Assembly: GCA_033442325.1 (NCBI GenBank)
Contig: JAWQFM010000002.1
Coordinates: forward strand, 2,631,144-2,695,143
Direction: 5' to 3'
Source of the DNA: Salpingoeca rosetta
Taxonomy: Eukaryota; Protista; Choanoflagellata
Length of the DNA: 64,000 bases
The translations under genes and the position numbers were made by a program. Under the pieces are notes generated by a model. It saw only the letters and a list, made by a program, of their open reading frames with translations. It had not been told where the DNA came from and searched no databases. Numbering within the stretch: position 1 is the stretch's first letter; each line of letters opens with the position of its first letter. Positions 1 to 14,199 of this stretch are shown piece after piece.

Positions 1-28
1 ATACGCACACATACATACAGGCACGCAC

Positions 29-709
29 CTGATATGCGGTCACCACTTGCTGTGCCCTGGACTCGCTGAAGCTGAGGTCTTCCAACAGTGAACTGTGGTA
101 GTAGAGACAGACATGTTCACAGCAAGGAAAACGGGAGAAATCAACAAAACGTACGAGCAAACAACCCAGATGAGCAAGCATCAAGGGTGTGTCAAGACAG
201 GCTTCCATTGCGGCAATCGCGCTGCAAGCACAGAACACACAACCACAAACACAAACAACATGTGAAACACAACAATCGCATGAAACAGGTGTCATCGCAC
301 CTCAGGGATTCGGCTGTGGCTTGTTGTTTGCATGCCTCTGCCAGAAGGGTCACGACACCTGCGTGTGCCTGCTTTGCAGGGCGGTCCAAGTCGTCCACAT
401 CTAGTTCCATAGCACAGTCACATTCCAAATACGTGTGAACACTATCGTCAATTGCACAACGCAATACACACAAACAACACAAGCCAAGATAAGATGTGCA
501 CATGAAAACGACTCGTGTACACCAACACAGCCCCAACACACGCCTCTCGCAACAGTTGAACACAAAATGCGGTGTGTACCTTCGTCGCTGCTTTGTTGTG
601 TCAACGCGCTGGCTGCATGCCTGAGCACCTTGCTGAACGTTGGGTCTGGCACCTGGCTGCTGTCTGCTGCCACCCTCAACTCCTCCTCCACTCTGTGCGC
701 AAGCTCCAT
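29..709 (-). CDS. COMMD3: COMM domain-containing protein 3 (5' part; continues beyond window start)
   Basis: Exons 709-580, 400-301 and 92-29 with GT-AG sites splice in frame to MELAHRVEEELRVAADSSQVPDPTFSKVLRHAASALTQQSSDEDVDDLDRPAKQAHAGVVTLLAEACKQQATAESLSSLLEDLSFSESRAQQVVTAYQ. This matches the recalled COMMD3 N-terminus (MELSESVQ...KHCHAA...LEAGK...STYLED...EYQ). An alternative upstream ATG lies at 754. Confidence 0.75.
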
Positions 710-779
710 CGTCGTCTTTGCGGTTGCGGAAATTTGTTGCTTTTCTTTCGCCATTTCTCTTCAATCGCAGCAGTCAGCG

Positions 780-1291
780 ATGTCGGACGTGCACACCCAG
801 GTTTGGTTCAGTGCCTTGCCTGACTGAGCACGGTTGAGCGTGGTGTTTGTCTTGCTTGGTACTACTTGTTCTTAGTTGCTGTGGGCTGAGTCTTGCTGGT
901 TGCTGGTTGAGTGCTACTTCTTGCTGGTTGGCTGCTGCCTGTTTGTTGTTGTTGCTGCTGTTGCCGCTATCGCCGTGTTGCTGTTGTTCACAGCGCGGTC
1001 ACTGATGCCGCCTTTGTGGCTTTGGTTCTTGCTCAGGTGGTTGCGCTCTTGAACGAGCTGCACGCCAGCACACGAAAGGTTGATAAAGTCAACCGCCTGC
1101 GCGATGTGGAGGAGTTTGTCGTGCGAAAGGACCCGGGCCTCTTGGACAGCTTCTTCGACGAGCTGATCCAGACCCAAACAGATGCAGAGCCAGCCGTCAG
1201 AGTTCAACTCATCAGTTTGCTCGAAGCAGCCTGGTCAGTGACGTATGCGTATGCGTGTCTGAGTTCTTGTGTGTGCGTGCGTGTGTGTGTG

Positions 1292-1336
<45 letters not shown>

Positions 1337-3739
1337 TTTTATCCTTTTTATCCTTTTGTGTGTCTGTCTTTCTATCCGCTTGTGTCAGTGTCGCCCTTCC
1401 GCCAAACCTTACCACGCTTGCCTCGCCCGCCACGCTGAAACCCATCCATAGTCTCCAAGATACGGCCATCATTGCACGGGCCCTGCCGACCCTTGAGTAC
1501 TTGCTTGCAGACGAGACACCTGTGGTCGTGAAGCGGGCCGTGCGCTGCTGCGCCAACATCACCCGCCAATGCTTTGCCCAAGCTGCGCCCCACGGCATCA
1601 ACCGGCATCCAAGTCACGAGGTGTGTGTGTGTGTGTGTGTGTGTGTGCGTATATGCCTGCGTATATGCCTGCGTCTGTGTTTTGCCTGGTCTGTCTGTCT
1701 CTCTGTCTCCCTGTCTCTCCGTCTCCCTGTCTCTCTGTGTGTTGACACGTTTGTGTGCTGCTCTTTGCTTCGCCTCACCTATTCCTCCATTCCATGGACC
1801 CCCCGCCCCCCGCTCACCTCACCACCACCACTATGGCAGGCGGCGTGGGCTGCTTGCATCAAGCTCAAGGCACAGGTGCTGGCGCTGCGTGCAGACAAGA
1901 ACCCGGGCGTGAGCAGTCACGTGTTTCACTTTATGGAGACACTTGTGCTGCTGTTCTCCTATCGCACGCGCGGCAGTGTGGGCACCCAGCAGACGGATGC
2001 CTCGCTTGATTTGGTTGCGCCCGAACACCCATTTCTCAACACAGCCAAGCTGCGCAAGCAAGGCCGCATCCTGTTCAGCACGCTGGTTACGAGCCTGCTT
2101 GCATCGCACGACATCTCGAGCGTGCTTGCAGGCACCATCACCACCAGCCTGACCTCCATTGCTGAGCGGCGCCCCGTGTTCATGGGCCCCGTCCTGGCCA
2201 CCCTTGTCCGCATCTTGGACGAGCCGCCAATCCACTTCTCAGTCAGTCAATCGTGACAGGGGAGACGTGTATGTGTGTCTGTCTGTCTGTTTGTGTCTGT
2301 GTTTGTGTGTCTATGTCTGTGTCTGTCTGTCTGTTTGTGTGTCTGTGTACTGTCTGCCTGCCTGTCTGTCTGTCTGTTTGTGTGTCTGTGTACTGTCTGC
2401 CTGCCTGTCTGTCTGTCTGTATCTGCATGTGTATGTGTGCCTGGGTATGTCCCCACTCGTTCCCTCACGTCACCATGCGTGCGCAGATGAGTGCCGTTCG
2501 CAGCATGCGCAGGACACTGCGGGCGCAGCTGCTGATTCTCTTCAAACACGAGGCATCTGCGGAATTCCACGACGAGGTACGGTAACCGAGATTACTGGCG
2601 CACTGTATGTGCTCCATGCAACAGTGCAACATGCTTACAAAGTGCACGCACACACGCACGCACACACATGCACATCATCATCATCACTCTCCTCCTCACG
2701 TTGGTACACTCCATCGTCATCATCATCGCCACCGTGGTAGCTTGTGCCGCGGCTGGAGGGCCTGGGCGTTGCACAGCGTGACATCAACGACTACGACAAG
2801 CGGTCGGAGGTGCGGGCGCGACCACTGGACGGGTTTCTGCCGAAGGACATTGAGACAGCGGTGGCGGCTGACGAGGCAGTGGTGGATGAGGATGAGAAGA
2901 TGCAGGGGGAAGAGACGAAGGAGCAAGAGGGTGGAGGTGAGGGTGAAGGTGAAGGTGGGGGTGAAGGTGAAGGTGAAGAGAAGAAAGAAGAAGAGAAGAA
3001 AGAAGAAGAGGGGGAAGAGCAGTTGTCGGCACTGGAAAAGGCGGCACAGGAGCAAATGGTCGGGACAGCTTATGTTTGTTGTCGTGTGTCTGTTGTGTGT
3101 GTCGTGTTTGTCGTGTTTGTTGTGTGTGTGTGTGTGTGTGCATGTCTCGTCTGTTGTGTGTATTTGTTTATGCGCCAATGTCTTCACCCATAGGCGTACA
3201 GCTGTCGTGTGCTTGAGTGCCGTACCCACCTCCATCTCCTACCCTTCATGCCACACTCATTCACTCCCTTTCCATATTCGTCGCCGTCGCCATCAGGCAA
3301 AGTATCCGTTTGAAAAGCTCAAAGCGACACTGTCGCTCGATTCGCTCGTCGACCTCGTCATCACCAGGTGCCCGCATGTGTGTGTGTGTGTGTGTGGGTG
3401 GGTGTGTGCGTGTGTGTGCGTGTGTGTGCGTGCGTGTGTGTGTGTGTGTGTGTCAGCAGCTGTCAACACTGTCGTCACCTGCCTCACCACCGTCTCCTAT
3501 TTGTCTGCATATGTACATGCGCTTGTTGTGTTGTGCGTTTGTGTGCCGCCGCCACCAATAACAGTCTGCTTGCGCTGCCCGACGAGCTGCCGACGGGCGA
3601 CGCAGAACTCACAGCGCGCGCACACAGAGGTGACACTGCTGCTGCTGTTATGACCGCGCCAATGTGTAATGTGTGTGTGTGCCACAGCATTACCATGTGC
3701 CCTCATTCTGTATTCCTGTCGGATGCACGCACACACACA

Positions 3740-3775
<36 letters not shown>

Positions 3776-3779
3776 ATCA

Positions 3780-3816
<37 letters not shown>

Positions 3817-5183
3817 ACACACACACACAATCACACACATGTCCACTCTGCTTTGCAGCGCCCAAGCACGAGACGCGACAAACGGAGCGGCAGCGTGGAG
3901 ATGTGCGGGAGGCGATTCGCAAGGACGAAGTCGAGACGTCCCTCGCCCCAGCCCTCCCCATGGCCCCAAGGCCAGACAATAAGGTGAGGTGTGCGTGGCT
4001 GCTCTGTGTCTGTGTGTCTGTGTCTGTGTTGTGTCTGTCTGTTTGTCTCTCTGTCTGTGTATGTGCCTGTCTGTGTGCGTATGTGTTTGTGTGCGCGCGG
4101 GAATTGTAGTGACCACTTCCCTCTCCGTCATTGAATCCCTGTGTGCTACCACTCAACGTACACGTGTGCATACCCTCACACAACACTCGCACGCCAACAG
4201 CCCAAGAAGACCAAACCTGTGGTGACGCCATCACGACCGGGAGCAAAACGCTTTGCCCTCCGCCCCGTTACACTCAGCGCAGCGGCCAAGCAACGGTTGT
4301 GCATGGCTGCATTTCGTCGCATACTCAACAGCGCGTGCAATGGCGGTCGAAGGGGTGTGCGTGCGCGTATGTCCACGTTCGCCACCGTCGCCTGCCAGAT
4401 GCTGTCGGGACAGGCCGTGGATGGTGCAGCGGTCAAGGGCACGGACCCCATGACCAAGGAAACGCTGGAAGTAGTCGGTTCGAATCCCGTTGCGCGGGCG
4501 GACTTTATCAACACGTGGCTGTTCCACGAGTGGTGGCAGGCTGTGCAGCGGCAACAACAGGGCGATGGCAACAGTGACGTTGGCGCTGGTGGCGTTGGTG
4601 ACAGTCGTGAGAAGGAAACTGCACGTGTCAAGGAAGAGGAGGAGGTGGGAGATCAAGCTTCGCAGCAAGCCAGTGGTGGTGGTGGTGGTGGTGGTGGTGG
4701 TGATGGTGGCGAGAGTGTGGTGGCAAAGGAAGAGGCGCCTGTTCACATGGACACATCCACGGACGCGACGACAACAACCACCGCAGCTGCTGCTTCGTCG
4801 GCGCTAGGAAAGCAGAACAGTGGTGGCAGTGGACAAAGTGATGGCGTGTTTGGGCGGTATGACGCGTGTGCAATGGCGTGCCTGCAAGCACTCCTGACGC
4901 AATTACCGATGAGCGAGGCGGCGGTCACGCGCTTGCTGTCTGATTGCCCGCGTGTGAGCAGTGCCATGGTTGCCAACGTGACAGCGATCATCCCCACAGA
5001 TGAGAGTGATGAGGATGACCCACAGTTACGGTTTGCGCTGTTGACACTGCGGTCGCTTGCTCTCAAGCGCGAGGATTGCAGAGAGGCGTGCTTGCAGGCA
5101 TTGTTGTCGTCGTGCACGTCTCGCTCCGAAACGCTCGGCACCGCCGCAACCTCAACCAGCTTGCAGCTCTTCGAGGTTTGTGT

Positions 5184-5222
<39 letters not shown>

Positions 5223-6362
5223 TGTTATTGATGATTTCATGGGTGCATATTCCTTTGTGTGTGCAAGGACAAGCTCGTAACCATTCACAATGCACCTCCT
5301 CTCCGGCCGGGTCGTGATTGTGCCGCTGTTCCCCCTTTGCTTGTGCCCACGAACAGACGGCGCCAGAGGCAATGCGAGACAGCATCCTCTCCTTTGCTGA
5401 GAACGCAATGCTCGCCGCGCTGAGAACGAGTAAGGCAATTGGCTCATCGTGTGTGCGTGTGTGTGTGTGTGTGTGTTTATGTGTGTGTGTGTCTGTCTGT
5501 CTGCCCGTCTGTCTGTCTGCCTGTGTTTGTGTCAGTGTGTGTGTGTGTGTGTGTGTGTCTGTGTCTGTGTCTGTGTCTGTGTTTGTGCATGTGTCTGTGT
5601 GTGTCTGTGTGTCTTGTGCTCACTCATGTCGTGTTTGCGCACGCCTTTTTCCATCCTTACCATTCTTCCCTCACCCCCTGTCTCTCTGCCACCACCATCC
5701 CACCTGAAGCTGAAGTTGATCAGGCAGCGAAGACCGCTGTTGCCGCGCAGTGCCGCCTCTTCTTCCAGCTCGTCCTCACTCGCGTCCACAAGTTCAACAG
5801 CCTTGTGCAAGTACGTGTACACGTTGCATATGTGTGTGTGCATGTGTGTGCGGGCACTGGTGGTTATGTCGAGAACTCTCTCCCGTGCTTGCTCTCTCCA
5901 ATTCCTATCCCCTCCCCTCTCATCATCATCATCATCATCATCATCGCCTTCATTGTCGATTGTGTGATCAGGGGTACGCCACCGCCACACCCTCTGCCAA
6001 GCGCGCTCTCCTCTCCATCCTTCAGCACCCGGTACAAACACGAACTCTGTTGATGTCGCTGTTGGTGTTGCTGCTGTTGCTCGTTTGGTTTTGCTTGTTG
6101 TATGCACACAGACAGACACGCACGCACACAGACACGCTCGCACGCATGTCGCACAATGTTCCCAGCCCAGTGTCTCACTGTACACCACCATCATTATCAA
6201 CGATGCCATCATCGTCACCACCGCCGTCATCACCGCCAGGTGTCTGAGATGCGACGGCGCGAGCCCACCGCCTTCTTTGAAGCGCTGCTCCACTTCCCCC
6301 ACAACGCCGAATCCCTCGTCCTCCGCGCCCTCCACACAATCTGCGACGCAGAAGGTGTGTTT

Positions 6363-6398
<36 letters not shown>

Positions 6399-7569
6399 GT
6401 GTCTGTGTGTGGGTGTGTCTTCGTCTCTCATCTGCAACCTTGTGTCTCGAAAGCTCATGCTATTTCATTACTTCTTCAAACCCCCTTCTCATTCACTCTC
6501 ACTCACACACACGCACGCACGCACGCACACACACAATCACTACCGACCATCAGAAGCGAAGCGGAAAGTGAGCGCTGAAGCGCGCGCGTGTGCAATGGCG
6601 CTGTACGAGAAGACACATGACGTTCGGTTTCTCATTCCAATCATCTCAGCACTCACACAGGTCTGTGGCTGCGTGCTGTTGTTGTCCCTCCATCTCAGTT
6701 CCCCATCACCTTCACATGGCCAACCTCCTCGTGCGTGCGCATTCACTCACTCACTCACTCACTCACTCACCCTGCTTTGTGTCCGCTTCGCATTGTCCAC
6801 CACCCGCGTGCGTTGCCTGTCCAGACGCAACTTGAGGACCACCTGGCCGAGTTTCTCAGTCTGCCCGCACGCGTCGTCAAGCAAGTCATGCAGCGTCTAC
6901 TCAAGCCAACATGTACGCGCGATTGCACCTGCCCCCCCTCCCCCACCCCCACCCCCATTAAGCCGTGTCGGGCTGTGAATGGATGGTCCCCCCCCCTTCT
7001 TTTTTTTTTTTTTTGTTTCAGCCACGTCTTGCTATATTGCTCCGTGCACTCGTGCATACCCCTGTGCCTGTGCTCACATTGCACACCACCACCAACTGCA
7101 CGTGGTTACACCACCACCACCACCATCACTACTGTCGCCTGTGTGCCGTTGCACTTCAGGCCGTCTTGATCCGCCAACGCTGCTTCTCCAACTCCACAAG
7201 CTCGAGCCAGCAGGAGCGCTCAAAATTTCGGTCAGTACACATGCACATGCACATGCACACGCATATATTCACACACACACACATACACACCACACATTCA
7301 CACACACACACACATACACACCACACACACACACTCACACATCATCATCACTCGTCGCTTTTGACGTCCCAGCATCACCCTCACACATGTCCATCACCGC
7401 TGCCCAGAACATCATTGTTGCTGTGGACGCGTGCTTCCAGCGACGGGATGTGTACACGCAGCCACTGCTGTCGACTGTTCTTGAGCAGTTGGCCGAGCTC
7501 TCCCCGCCACCGCGTCTTCTCATGCGCACCGTTATCCAGACACTCCACTCCTACCAGGGCCTCAAACGT

Positions 7570-7658
<89 letters not shown>

Positions 7659-7834
7659 TGTGTGTGTGTGTCCTTTGTCTGCCTCTTTGGTCATCTGCTT
7701 TGTCTCACGACACCATCATCACCACCACCACCATCACCGCCCGTTGTTCAGGCATCGCCGGACCTTGCTGCCCAGCTCAAGACGTACTGTGGCGAACACA
7801 CGGACAGCCCACTGGCGAAGCTGGTCCAAGCGTA

Positions 7835-7835
<1 letters not shown>
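780..7835 (+). CDS. SYMPK: Symplekin (mRNA 3'-end processing scaffold), multi-exon
   Basis: N-terminal VVALLNELH...EEFVVRKDPGLLDSFFDELIQTQTD...VRVQLISLLEAA; IAERRPVFMGPVL; DVRFLIPIISAL; C-terminal PRLLMRTVIQTL. All are symplekin hallmarks. ATG at 780 (MSDVHTQ then intron), stop at 7835. Confidence 0.9.
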
Positions 7836-7895
<60 letters not shown>

Positions 7896-8296
7896 CATAC
7901 GCTCTCGCGTGACACTGCACGACACCATGCGACAGTGGTTGTGTCCTTGTTCTGTGCCCTCCCCCAAGTCTTCAGTTTCCAGCACTCTTGTCACGCGCTG
8001 TGTTTGATGTACGTTGGATGGTGTGTGATGTGATGTGTGATGTGACGACCGTTGCCAAGACACACGTGTGCGGTGCTGAGAGTGGTTCGCCCTTGGATGC
8101 AGATGGTGGCATGACTACTTGTCACGTCAGCTTGCTTGCCTATTGTCTGTATCTTGTGTTTGTGTATACAATAAAGGTCAGCTAACTCAGCGACACAGCC
8201 CCCGAGCCAAACGCGTGATGCTGTTGCTTATGGAGATGCAAGAGGAACACGCACCTCTGTTGCATGAATGTGCTCCCTCTCCATATCACCCAACAC

Positions 8297-8353
<57 letters not shown>

Positions 8354-8385
8354 ATACACATACACACACAACATGATGCTGCACG

Positions 8386-9809
8386 TCATTGCTCGTGTTT
8401 TGCTGCAGCGGCGGGGAGATAGAGATCAAAGAGCCTGTTCTTGTGCACGACAGATGGCAGGGTACGCATGGTCATATCACAGGCGAGCGTGGTGGCGGGG
8501 TGAAACGGCTGCGGCTGCTGCTCTGCCTCTGCCGCCACCATCCGTGCGATGCGTGCATTCATGTCGGTTGTCTGTGCAGCGTAGTCGTGGATGGGCATCC
8601 AGCGTGCCTCGGCAATCTCCGTTGGGCACGCCTCGATATCCGTGGTCACGGGGGTGCAGCGGCACACAATGTACAGGTCCGACACCCCATATGCGGCCTT
8701 GTGCTGCTGTCGCATGGAGAGGATGGAGTGAAACTTGCACTGCACGCCCGTCTCCTCAAGCACTTCGCGCTCGGCAGTGGTGTGTATGTCCTCGCCCGGA
8801 TCACTGAGACCGCCGGGGAGCTTGAAGCCTGACACACGCGCGTTGCGCTCCTTGATCACCAGCACGTTCATGTCTTTGTCCAGCACCAACCCAGCAACGC
8901 CAACCTGTGGATGTATGAGGGAGAGCCAGGGGACAGGTGTGGTGGTGGTGACAGGATGAGGAAGTGCACGCACTAATGAGGAAGACTCACATGACTAGAA
9001 CACACATGTGTACATGCACGCGCACACAGAGTGCACACACACACACACGCGCGCAGACACACACACACACACACATACACACACATACACATACACACAT
9101 ACACATACACACACCTGGTGTGTCGCGTACGGGGGTACGCGGCATGATGTATCTGCCTCCAGCCACTTCATGAGGTAGATGTGATCATCGCGAACGTGGT
9201 GCAGTTGGAAGCCGCACTCCGTTGCCGGATATACCGCCCATGACAGCGACGGCGGCACCTGTGCATGCCCACACATGCAGAAGGACCAGGGACAGTGATT
9301 GATTGCACTGCACTGAGCACGACAACGGTGTGTATGTGCAGCAGCAGTTGTAGCAAGAGCAGAACAACGGTGCGCCATGTGGTGGGTGATACATAGAACA
9401 TATGCATATGCAGGCATGCACACATGTGCAGTGCAACCGACCACAATCCAGGCGGCAGTCTTCTGCTGCTCCTGCCACTGCACGAGACTCTGTTCCAGGT
9501 CCGCCTTGAAGTCTGGGTTCGGCTACAGGGAGGCAAGCATGGGAGTGTGAGGGCACTCACTGGCCAAGGGAGGGTACTCTGCCCCAAAGGAGATACAGCA
9601 CAGTGGACACGCACACTCACTTGGGCGGTGAGCCAGTCGGCCTGCGGCAGCTTGATGGAGACGCTGTTGTACCGGCCAGCCTCAGCAATGTCCCGCAGCG
9701 AGCTTGCTGCACGCCGCACACCAACACCGCCGCCAAGTCCAACGCACCCGCCCTTTGACGTCAGTGCTCGCACACGCATCAATGCGCCACAACATCTCCT
9801 CATCAACAT
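8386..9809 (-). CDS. NUDT6: Nudix hydrolase, NUDT6-like, with a probable mitochondrial presequence
   Basis: GFQLHH...LMKWL...[15 protein letters not shown]...VLVIKE...[27 protein letters not shown] (Nudix box) and RQQH...SDLYIVCR. The N-terminus is Arg-rich and acid-poor. Confidence 0.85.
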
Positions 9810-9969
9810 CGCTGTGTGTCAGTCTGTGTGTGTCTGTGTCTGGGTGCGTGTCTCTGTGTGTGTGTGTGTCTGTCTGTCTGTCTGTCTGTGTGTGTGTGTG
9901 TGTGTGTCTGGGTGTGTGTGTGTGTGTGTGTGTGTGTCTGGGTGTGTGTGTGTGTGTGTGTGTGTGTCT

Positions 9970-10002
<33 letters not shown>

Positions 10003-10369
10003 TGGGTGTGTGTGTGTGTGTGTGTGTGTGTGTCTGTTTGTGTGAGGAAAGTCCTTCTTGCACCCACGTTGCACGTTGGACTGCGACTGCTGTGTGATGT
10101 GACCGGCTGTGTATTCCAAGTCAAGCCGGCAACAAAGCAAGCACGAAGAGGGGCAAGAAGGAGAAAGGGGGCAGTTAAACATAAGGGAGGAGGGTCACGC
10201 GTACAGTACGCGGGCCATCTCTGCTGCTGTTACATTGCAGGTTACTTTAACACAAGGCACATAACCATGAGCACAGCACATCACACGAGGTCGCGTGAAA
10301 TGCTGCTCGCATCAAGACAAAGGTCCAATATGGCTGCCAGGCCATGCATGCACACACAGACACACACGA

Positions 10370-10411
10370 CTACATCCGCTGTTGCCGCGGTGGCTGCCGT
10401 CGTCGTCGTCG

Positions 10412-10470
<59 letters not shown>

Positions 10471-10741
10471 GCTGCTGCTGTCTGCGCTGGAGGCGGAGGA
10501 GATGGAGTTGCTTCAGCTGCTGGTTGCCCGCGGTCGGTGCAGCCGCGGGCGTGGGCGTAAACTGCAGGTGGATGAACGCACGCATGGAGGACGACAAATG
10601 GAACGTGAGACGCAACAGAGGGGAATCAATGGACGGGGGGGGGTTTAACACACACTTGCACACTCACACTCACACTCATCACACACACTCACACTCATCA
10701 CACACTCACACTCACACTCACACTCACACTCACACACACAC

Positions 10742-10776
<35 letters not shown>

Positions 10777-11773
10777 CACACACACACACACTCACACACA
10801 CACTCACACTCACACTCACACTCACACTCACACACACTTGCATACTCACACACTCACACACACACACACTCACACACATGTTGACACGTACCCAGAGAGC
10901 CGACGAGGAGGATGAGCGTGATGGCGCCGATGACGAGCGATGCAATGGCACACTGAGTCCTTCGCCGGGACTTGGACCATACCCACGCATGCCAGCTGCC
11001 GTGCCGTCGCGTACTCCGCTGTGCCGCGTCATGTCTTCCGTGCTGCTCGTGCTGGATGATCGGATATCCACTGCCGAGTCCCACGCAGAATCGTCGTCGT
11101 CACCATCCCCATTCCCGTCCCCATTACCGTCGTCATCATCGTCGACAAGAACAATGGGGTCTGTGGACGAGCGAAGCGCAGAGGCGCCAAGCGCGTCCTC
11201 GCCATCCACGACAATCACGCTCCCTCTGCGTATCGCTGGCCTGCGTGGCGTGTCGACATCAACGACACATACGTCGTCCGTTTCCCCTTCCTCGTCACTG
11301 TTGCACGCGCGCGCCCGCGGGTCGTGCTGCTGGCTGTCATCGATGATGTGGACGGGTGTGTCTTCCTCTGTGGCCATGGACAGTGTGGGGCGCTTGCATG
11401 GCGGCTGCTCGTCGTCCTCATCCATCAGGTCAATTGGAGATGCGCGCGTAAACCGTGTGCCTGTCAACCGTGTGCCCGACGCACGGTGCGCGCGGGAGAA
11501 TGTGTTGGTCATACTGCTGCTGGTGTGGGTGGCGGTGGTGCCCGTGTTGCTGGTGCTGTCGCTGTCGACATCGATGTTGTGTCTGCGTTTTGCGGTGGGT
11601 GGATGTGGTCGACGCACACCAATTGGCGCCAACGGCGCGCTTCTGCGCTGCTGCGCCACATCACGGTGCAGCCCGCACGAGACAGCAGGGGCGACGGCTG
11701 CACGTAACATGCTGCCTGAATCAGGCTGTGTCTCCATGGCCAGGAACTTGGCGCGCTTCGCCGCGGGATACAT
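10370..11773 (-). CDS. Hypothetical disordered nuclear protein with tandem SUMO-interacting-like motifs and a polyQ tail
   Basis: ORF from MYPAAKRAKF. A donor GTACGT near 10890 and acceptor CAG near 10562 join in frame to FTPTP...polyQ...RQQRM-stop. Repeated V/I-x-V/I-V/I plus acidic motifs. Confidence 0.6.
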
Positions 11774-12284
11774 GGCGTCGCGTCGCGTCGCGTCGATCAC
11801 GCGCGCCGTGTGTGTGGGTGGTGATGTGTGTGGAACTGGGGAAAGACAATGCCGTGATGTGACAATCAATGTGAGGATGATATTGACCGTGCACGACGGC
11901 AACTCTGAGAGGATCCCCTGGGTGTCAGTGTCATAGACGACACAGTCGTGAAGCAGCAGTTGGGGACGTGATTGGTGGTGGTGGGTGATGGGTGGCGTGA
12001 TGTGAATGGAGGCTTGGAAGCGAGCAAGGGAAAGTCGTCAACTGCTTGCTTGCTTCTTGCTTGCTTGCTGTGTCGGCGTTGCCGTTGTTTGTGTGTGTGT
12101 GTTGGCTGCTGGTGCGTAAGCAAGCAGGTATTGTGCTACTGTTTATGCTGTTGGGCGCCGTCTTAGAAACCGCGCTGTTCGCGACGAGCAAGACGCACAA
12201 CACACAACACAACACCCTCTTCCTCCCTTGTCCTCAAGCGAGCACATCATCACGCTGACGCTGACGCTGACGACGACGAGGAGC

Positions 12285-12800
12285 ATGGCGACGCTGGCCA
12301 AGGCCAAGAAGGAGAATGCCCGGCTGCGGGCATCCACGAAGAAGGCCGTCCAAGACCGGCGGGCCAAATTCAAAGGGTACGCTGCGTGTGGGGTTGGTTT
12401 GTGTGTTGTAGTGTTTTGTGTTGCATGTGCGTGTGTGTTATGTGTCGTGTGTTGTGTGTCGTGTGTTGTGTGTTGTGTGTTTTGTGTTGTGCTGCAGCGC
12501 CGTGCAGTGCGTGCACCGATGTACACACATACACACACACACACGTGTTGCAAGCACGCAAAGCACTCACCTATTGCACTGTGTGTGTTGTGGTGTTCAT
12601 GTCATTCGTCCTTTATCATTTCACCGCCAACAGTGAAACTGTGCCGGATGTGAGCAACGACTTGGCGCCATACACACAGCTGCCAGTTCAGGAGGAAGTG
12701 ATTGCCTCGAAGGAAGTCACTTACGATGAAGGCTGGACGTACAAGACACGCCGCACCAGCTTCGCTCCCATCGGTGTGTATGTATGTGTGTGTGTATTTG

Positions 12801-12832
<32 letters not shown>

Positions 12833-13813
12833 TGTATATACACTCATGTGTGTGTGAGTGTGTGCGTGTGTGCGTGTGTGCGTATGTATGTATGTTTGTA
12901 TGTATGTATGTTTGTATGTATGTATGCATGTATGTTTGTATGTATGTATGCATGTATGTATGTATGTATGTATGTATGTATGTTTGTATGTATGTGTGCA
13001 TGCATGTATGTATGTATGTATGCATGCGAGTATGTATGTATGTATGTATGTCTCTCTAAGTATGTCACACGCACACACACACATGCGTTTTCGTTGGTGC
13101 GAGTGATTCATCACCAACTCACCCACGGTGCGTTTCTTCTCGATGACTGGGACAACAACAGAGCCGCACCAGGCACTGCAGCTGGAAGAAGATAACCCAG
13201 ATACATACTCGTAAGCGTGCATGCTGATGTTTGCCGCGTACATTCTTGACCCAAACACTCTGCTGGGCTTCAACAGAACGACAGGCTCATCCCGTTTGCA
13301 AACCGCGTTTGCATGCTTATGCACGACTTTGTGCTGCATTGTGTTGCATTGCAGGCCGCCAGTGGCACGGCGTCGAGCGTCCATGCGACGAATGTCCATG
13401 CAACGCACCACCAGCCCGGCACACCGAAGTGCGTTCTCGTCACTGCCTCATCTAGTTTGCGTGAACATCACAAAACACGCACACGCACACTCACACTCAC
13501 ACGCGCACACGCACACGCAAACACCCGCGCGACACACGCGTCATCATCTCATGTGTGCCTGGTGTCTTGTAGGCCGCAGCCAATCACCACGAAGGCCACC
13601 AGCGCAGACTATATTGGAGAATGAGTCATTCCCAGTTGAGTCGAGGTTTGCCGTGTGGTGCAAGGCCAACCTCAAACCCGTCCTGGACTCCCTCACGCTC
13701 GAAGACAAACACACGTCCGGGCAGCTGCCGGTCGACAAGGTCGTCACCACCATCCTCGCCCTCAGCCCGCCGCTCACAGAAGGTGTGCACATATGTGTGT
13801 GTGTGTGTCTGCC

Positions 13814-13848
<35 letters not shown>

Positions 13849-14167
13849 GTCTGTCTGAAAGCTGAAACAACACAACGCCGAAGGTGTACGTATCATCACC
13901 TCACACGTGCATACATGCACGCATGCATGCATACACCACCACGCGCATGCAACAGCGGAGGTGCGGAGTTGCGTTGATGGGGAGCACGCGGCGGAGGGCA
14001 GCGTTGTCCGTGAAGGTGTCCTCGACTACGACAAGTGGATTCACCGTACGTGGCACGCGTCCGTCTGTGTGTGTCTGTGTGTGTGTGTGTGTGTCTGTCT
14101 GTGTCTGTGTCTGACTGTGTGTCTGTGTTTCTGTGTCTGTGTTTCTGTGTTTCTGTGTCTGTGTGTG

Positions 14168-14199
<32 letters not shown>

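Noticed and set aside
10344-11936. 530-aa plus-strand ORF
   Set aside because: It is antisense to the poly-SIM gene and runs through microsatellites.
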